A stretch of 64,000 nt of DNA. Source: a virus. Under the pieces are notes generated by a model. The model was given only the letters and a program-made list of their open reading frames with translations. It made no database searches and was not told the DNA's origin. Where the stretch lies: positions 73,152 through 137,151 of IMG/VR virus record IMGVR_UViG_3300027740_000183, one strand, 5' to 3'. The translations under genes were made by a program, and so were the position numbers. Shown piece after piece: positions 59,616 to 64,000 of this stretch (positions are counted from its first letter, which is position 1; each line of letters begins with the position of its first letter).

Positions 59616-61118
59616 ATGTTACCAGGAAGATCTAGTAAAATCATAAAAGGTCTTTTAAGTGGTTCTGGTTTAAAGTTTTTGAATCTTACCAAAGATGACG
59701 TATTATCTTTTTCTAGAACTAGAAGAGGGCAAAGTGTAGAAAGTTTTTTACACTCTTTGAATAAATATGGATTTCAGTACAAAACTGTTAGTGATAATAA
59801 TGTAAGTGTGTCTATACAAATTTTTGTGAAGGGCAAAAAACCCAGAAGTGGTAAACAGCAAAAAGGTGAGAAGAATAAAAAAGGTATCAAAAATGAGGCA
59901 CAGGATAAAGCTAGCTATATAAGAAGGGCTTCTGTGTATTTTGCAGATGATGAAGTGATAAGAAGTACGTTGAAATTGCCTTTCATTTCTTGGGACCTGT
60001 TACGAAAAAATTATGATCTTATTTGGATCATTAGATCCCTAGTTCAAAAATGGATTAAATTAACAAATTCTGTTAAATCCTATAAGTGGTTATTTGAACA
60101 AGTTGATGAAGACGAGTTCGCTACTTTAGTAAATGATTATCTAAAAAATCTAGAAAAGTTCAGATCTTCTTTCTCCTCTTTATTGGAAGAAGAGAGTAGT
60201 TATGATACTTTAGGTAACAAATTAAAAATTATTGATGACAAATTTACTACATTATTGCAGGACTTGGATTTAGAGGATTATAAATTAGTAAGTAATGTTA
60301 AAAATGCGTTGTTACGCAACCAAAAAAACGCTGAAATTATTTCTGATATAAAGTCATTGTTTCCTTTATTGTCACAAGTATGGGTTAAAGTAAGGGAACT
60401 GTTAGTTTCTACATTTCCTGCCACTATAAAAAGCGATAACGAGCTTGTAAAAAAACTTATTGCTTTTGTGGGTAAAAAGGGTTCCGTTAATAAAAAACTT
60501 AGTGAGGTCAGAAAAGGGCTTAGAGATAATTGTAGTTTTTTGTTAGAAGATAAGCTAAAAGGGGTTCATGTAGCTATAAACAGTTTAGTTAAGCTGTCAG
60601 GAAAAATACCCAGTTTTAGAAATAAAGATTTTATAAAAGTATCTATTGACGATTGTCCTGACACAAATTACCCATCACGATTCACTAAGACAAGTAAATC
60701 TTTTGCCTATTGCCAATATGAAAAGAAATGCCCTCATTTTGGCAACAATGTAGGTTCTTACGTCAACTGTAAGCTGTTGGGGCAACAGAAGACAGGTGGT
60801 ACTTTTGTAAAGGACGTAAAAAAAATTGATGAAGATACTTATAAAGTAATAGAAAGTATAGGTATACAAGATCCTCAAGTAAAGGCTATTATATTATTGG
60901 CGGAACAAGACAAGAAACTTTATTATGGTGAGATTTTAGACAACAGGCTATTAATCTTATTAGATAATTATCCCAGTTCTGTTACGCGGAACGAATATGA
61001 TTATACCGTATATATTTTTGAAAATGAGCCAATACTTGTTATTGGGTCTTACGTGATTAGTGCAAACTTAGAATTATTGAAGCAATTAGCCGATAATACC
61101 CAAATTTTTCAGTGGTAG
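59616..61118 (+). CDS. Hypothetical protein
   Basis: 500-aa ORF with a Cys cluster. Confidence 0.55.
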   Translation: MLPGRSSKIIKGLLSGSGLKFLNLTKDDVLSFSRTRRGQSVESFLHSLNKYGFQYKTVSDNNVSVSIQIFVKGKKPRSGKQQKGEKNKKGIKNEAQDKASYIRRASVYFADDEVIRSTLKLPFISWDLLRKNYDLIWIIRSLVQKWIKLTNSVKSYKWLFEQVDEDEFATLVNDYLKNLEKFRSSFSSLLEEESSYDTLGNKLKIIDDKFTTLLQDLDLEDYKLVSNVKNALLRNQKNAEIISDIKSLFPLLSQVWVKVRELLVSTFPATIKSDNELVKKLIAFVGKKGSVNKKLSEVRKGLRDNCSFLLEDKLKGVHVAINSLVKLSGKIPSFRNKDFIKVSIDDCPDTNYPSRFTKTSKSFAYCQYEKKCPHFGNNVGSYVNCKLLGQQKTGGTFVKDVKKIDEDTYKVIESIGIQDPQVKAIILLAEQDKKLYYGEILDNRLLILLDNYPSSVTRNEYDYTVYIFENEPILVIGSYVISANLELLKQLADNTQIFQW

Positions 61119-62092
61119 TAGACCAAAATAAGGAGAGTACTAAAATGCTTAAATCAGCAGCAGTAATGAGAACAACTTGGACAAGTAATGCGATGAGAGA
61201 TCCTGATTTTAAGGATTACTTACGTAAGTTGAAAGCTTACATGATTTCTTCTCATACTTGGGATATTCCTTTCTCTAAGGAAGATGATATTGATTTTATA
61301 CTAGAAGAGATAAAGGAAGACTTTGGGTATCCAATCCAGATTTTTGAAGTGTTGGAAAGTCCAGAGATTACCACGGATGGAAGAAGATACGATATGTATG
61401 CTAGGGCATGTGTGTCCAAGGTAAAGATTGTTGATAAAGTTATAGTGACACGAACTTTACCAAGCCTTCATATCGCGGCAAAAATTAAGGATGTAATTGC
61501 TTCTATAGAAGATGGTGGTAGTAAAAGAGACTTATGTCTACTGAAAACCGCCGCCCAAAATCTTAAAGTTGGTAGACAATTTATTATAGCGGCAACAGAA
61601 GAGCTTGTGCAAAGTAAAGGAAATATTGGTGTAACTCCAGAAATTGGAGATGTTTTTAAAATTAAACATCCTCAAACTGGCGAGGATATGGAAGTGGAGC
61701 TGGATAAAAAATTATCTGGAAAAGATTTAGGGAAATATGTTGTTGTTGATAATAAAACTGACAAAAAATTTATTATTAACCAAAAAGCGCTATTACAACG
61801 AATAGCCAATCCTTTAAATTGTATTGGTGAGCAAGGCAACACTGGAATGATAACTATCTCTATCGATCCCGAGTCGTTAAAGAAATTGCTTCAATCTTTT
61901 TCGGTAGATGTGCCCCAAAAAGAGCCAGAGAGTGCTTCTTTTGAGTACTTACCGCAAGATAGTGAAAAGCCAAAATTACTAGTTCCTGCGGAATTGGATA
62001 ATCCGGAATCTGATGTGGGTGGTAAACGAGAAGGTATTGAATCAGGTCCTTTGGAGGAACAAATATTACAGCATTTACGTGGAGTGCAGTGA
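61112..62092 (+). CDS. Hypothetical protein, probably virion
   Basis: LKSAA and LKTAA motifs; acidic tail. Confidence 0.5.
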   Translation: MVVDQNKESTKMLKSAAVMRTTWTSNAMRDPDFKDYLRKLKAYMISSHTWDIPFSKEDDIDFILEEIKEDFGYPIQIFEVLESPEITTDGRRYDMYARACVSKVKIVDKVIVTRTLPSLHIAAKIKDVIASIEDGGSKRDLCLLKTAAQNLKVGRQFIIAATEELVQSKGNIGVTPEIGDVFKIKHPQTGEDMEVELDKKLSGKDLGKYVVVDNKTDKKFIINQKALLQRIANPLNCIGEQGNTGMITISIDPESLKKLLQSFSVDVPQKEPESASFEYLPQDSEKPKLLVPAELDNPESDVGGKREGIESGPLEEQILQHLRGVQ

Positions 62093-62346
62093 TGAAAAAT
62101 ATAATTAGTAGGCTGAAGAAAATAGCGAGTAGTGAAGAAGTTTCTTTGGAAGACTTAGAACTTGAACACTCTATAGCAATGATTGCTAAAGAAGGTGTAA
62201 AACAAATCATCGAACTTACTAAAGAAATTGGAAGAAATAATAAAATAGTTGGAGAAGAGAAGACTAAACTGGCTAAAGAATTGCAAGCAGCGGAACGTTT
62301 ACTTACTAAAGTCTATTCTTTATTTCGTTACAGGGAGAGTCACTAA
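62089..62346 (+). CDS. Small protein with virion leader motif
   Basis: MKNIISRLKKIASS. Confidence 0.5.
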   Translation: MMKNIISRLKKIASSEEVSLEDLELEHSIAMIAKEGVKQIIELTKEIGRNNKIVGEEKTKLAKELQAAERLLTKVYSLFRYRESH

Positions 62347-62852
62347 TGTTATCAATTATAAGTAAAAAACTTTACAAGTTAGCGGCGGGTGAGGCTACAA
62401 AACCCGAAGGAGTTTCTTCCCAAGAAGGGCAAGATGAGGAAGTAGAAGATCAAGATTCTTTGTCCCTGTTACGAAGCTGTGCCGATGACTTTGTGTTGTT
62501 GATGCGGACTATAGATGACAAGGATGAATTAAAAGAAAATATAAAAGCATTGTATTCTCTTATTCATAAATTTGATAGTAAAATAACTGCAGTTTGCGCG
62601 GGGATGCAAAAAGTGCTCAATTTTGATGAAAAATCAGAAGGTAGTGAGTTATCTGAGTTTGTAGATTCTTTAAAATTATTAAATAAAGAACTTATTCCAT
62701 TTGTTGAACTTTCTAGTACTTTGAAAGACTTGGCTAACAGAGGATCTGCTAATTTAGAAAAAGAGAAGAAGCATAAACCCATAGAACATAAAGCGCCCAA
62801 AAAAGAAAAATTTGAACCCGGTAGGAGTAAGGAAAAGGCGAAGATTATCTGA
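62346..62852 (+). CDS. Protein with virion leader motif
   Basis: MLSIISKKLYKLAAG. Confidence 0.5.
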   Translation: MLSIISKKLYKLAAGEATKPEGVSSQEGQDEEVEDQDSLSLLRSCADDFVLLMRTIDDKDELKENIKALYSLIHKFDSKITAVCAGMQKVLNFDEKSEGSELSEFVDSLKLLNKELIPFVELSSTLKDLANRGSANLEKEKKHKPIEHKAPKKEKFEPGRSKEKAKII

Positions 62853-62899
62853 GATCTTTAATCCTATGGTTTTCTGGTTACGGAGATATAAAAATAACT

Positions 62900-64000
62900 A
62901 TGAGTAATAGTATAGAAATGAAGCAAACGAGAACTAAATCACATGTTGTCCCAGACAGATTTGGTGTTGCTTATGTTGATTTAGCAAGTGATATAGATTT
63001 TTATAATCTTTCAGATAGATATACTGTGCCAGATTTATATGGAGAGATTCCTGCCTCTGCTTTTGGTTCTAATGATATTGCTTTTGTGGAAGAGAATGGG
63101 CATCCTGAGTTAGTTCCTTGCTACCAAGTAGAAAGTGCTGCTACAAATTACGTAAAACAAAGCTCTTTAATAGTATTTGATGATGATCCTTGGTCCGGTG
63201 AAAGAGTATCTGTAACTTCTGGTGATTCTTCACCTGACGGTGGAGGTTCAGGTTTTTATATAAAACCCACTGCTGTTAGTGGGTCTCATGTTGTTATGCA
63301 AGCAAATACAACAGGACCAAGCGCAGACGGAACCTACATAACTAGCTGTTTTGTAAAATATGACTCTGCTAAACCTAATAATTCTTATTTTTGTTTCGAA
63401 ATTAACTCATATCCTTTTTCTGGCAGTGGAAGTACGGGCATTGTTCAGTATAATGTCAGGGATGGTTATTCCGCTATTATGCAAAGCTCTAACGTAGTAA
63501 GGCATGGAATGATTAAAATAAGTGAGGGGTTTTATTGGTGTTGGTTTTCTACTACAAGGAGCAGCGACACTGGTGTTATTATAGTTTTACAAATCTTAAA
63601 CGAATCTAAGGCTAAGATTTTTGTAGGGGATGGATCTGGATTAATTTTTTGGAATCCTCAATTTACAGAAGGTACACTCCCATCTTCTGTTATAAAAACT
63701 GAAGCTACTGTCTATACTCGTGATTTAGATGAACTAGTTTTACCAGAATTAAGTGTTCCTGCTGCTTTATTTAGTGGAAATTATTTACTTGAAGTTGCTT
63801 TTCCATTTAATTCAAATTTGATAGATGGAACTACTTGGAGTCGTTGTATTATTGGTTATGGTGAGAGCGGAGAAAATTCATTAAATTATTGCCCAGATAC
63901 TAAAAAATTTGTTATAAGAAAAGGGTCTGTTACAAAAGTGGAATCTGGTGTAGTGTCTTTTGATAGAATGAAAAGAATAATTCTTAATGTAAATTGTTCC
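62900..64000 (+). CDS. Virion fibre/spike protein, runs off the window
   Basis: ATG at 62900 after GGAG (MSNSIEMKQTR...VESAATNYVKQS...FWNPQFTEG); appears open to the window end; similar layout to 57021-58181. Confidence 0.55.
   Translation, partial: MSNSIEMKQTRTKSHVVPDRFGVAYVDLASDIDFYNLSDRYTVPDLYGEIPASAFGSNDIAFVEENGHPELVPCYQVESAATNYVKQSSLIVFDDDPWSGERVSVTSGDSSPDGGGSGFYIKPTAVSGSHVVMQANTTGPSADGTYITSCFVKYDSAKPNNSYFCFEINSYPFSGSGSTGIVQYNVRDGYSAIMQSSNVVRHGMIKISEGFYWCWFSTTRSSDTGVIIVLQILNESKAKIFVGDGSGLIFWNPQFTEGTLPSSVIKTEATVYTRDLDELVLPELSVPAALFSGNYLLEVAFPFNSNLIDGTTWSRCIIGYGESGENSLNYCPDTKKFVIRKGSVTKVESGVVSFDRMKRIILNVNCS

Noticed and set aside
57021-64000. Diversity-generating retroelement acting on the two fibre paralogs
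   Set aside because: No reverse transcriptase and no TR/VR pair with adenine-specific mismatches seen in the window.

Overview
AT-rich segment of a large (jumbo-type) tailed bacteriophage, probably a myovirus, in standard genetic code 11. Two divergent arms meet at a 1.2-kb non-coding region (43094-44323) that looks like the replication origin. The left arm (minus strand) carries early, replication and host-takeover genes: ribosomal protein bS21, an ankyrin protein, two DNA methyltransferases, beta clamp, DnaB helicase, primase, NAD ligase, ClpX, a Cas4-like nuclease, an Rnl2-type RNA ligase, dTMP kinase and an ArdC-like protein. It also holds two baseplate genes, one intact tRNA-Arg and several broken or atypical tRNAs. 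The right arm (mostly plus strand) carries head and virion proteins, large terminase, SAM decarboxylase and a RuvC resolvase. The window is dense in RNA-guided OMEGA transposon relics: one intact IscB, two IscB omegaRNA mini-elements, two IS607-type TnpBs, a RuvC-less HTH-TnpB fusion, a TnpB MITE and a stand-alone TnpB omegaRNA; no transposase is present. The least explained signals are: (i) six copies of a 31-nt 5'-leader motif that folds into a covarying H-type pseudoknot; (ii) nine NrdR-box-like palindromes clustered at the putative origin; (iii) a shared N-terminal peptide motif plus a GTTATTTAAT late-promoter motif that together mark virion proteins and, unexpectedly, a nucleotidyltransferase; (iv) a promoter-driven ~120-nt RNA containing a tRNA-like domain with an 8-nt anticodon loop. 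All calls were made by eye, without database searches.
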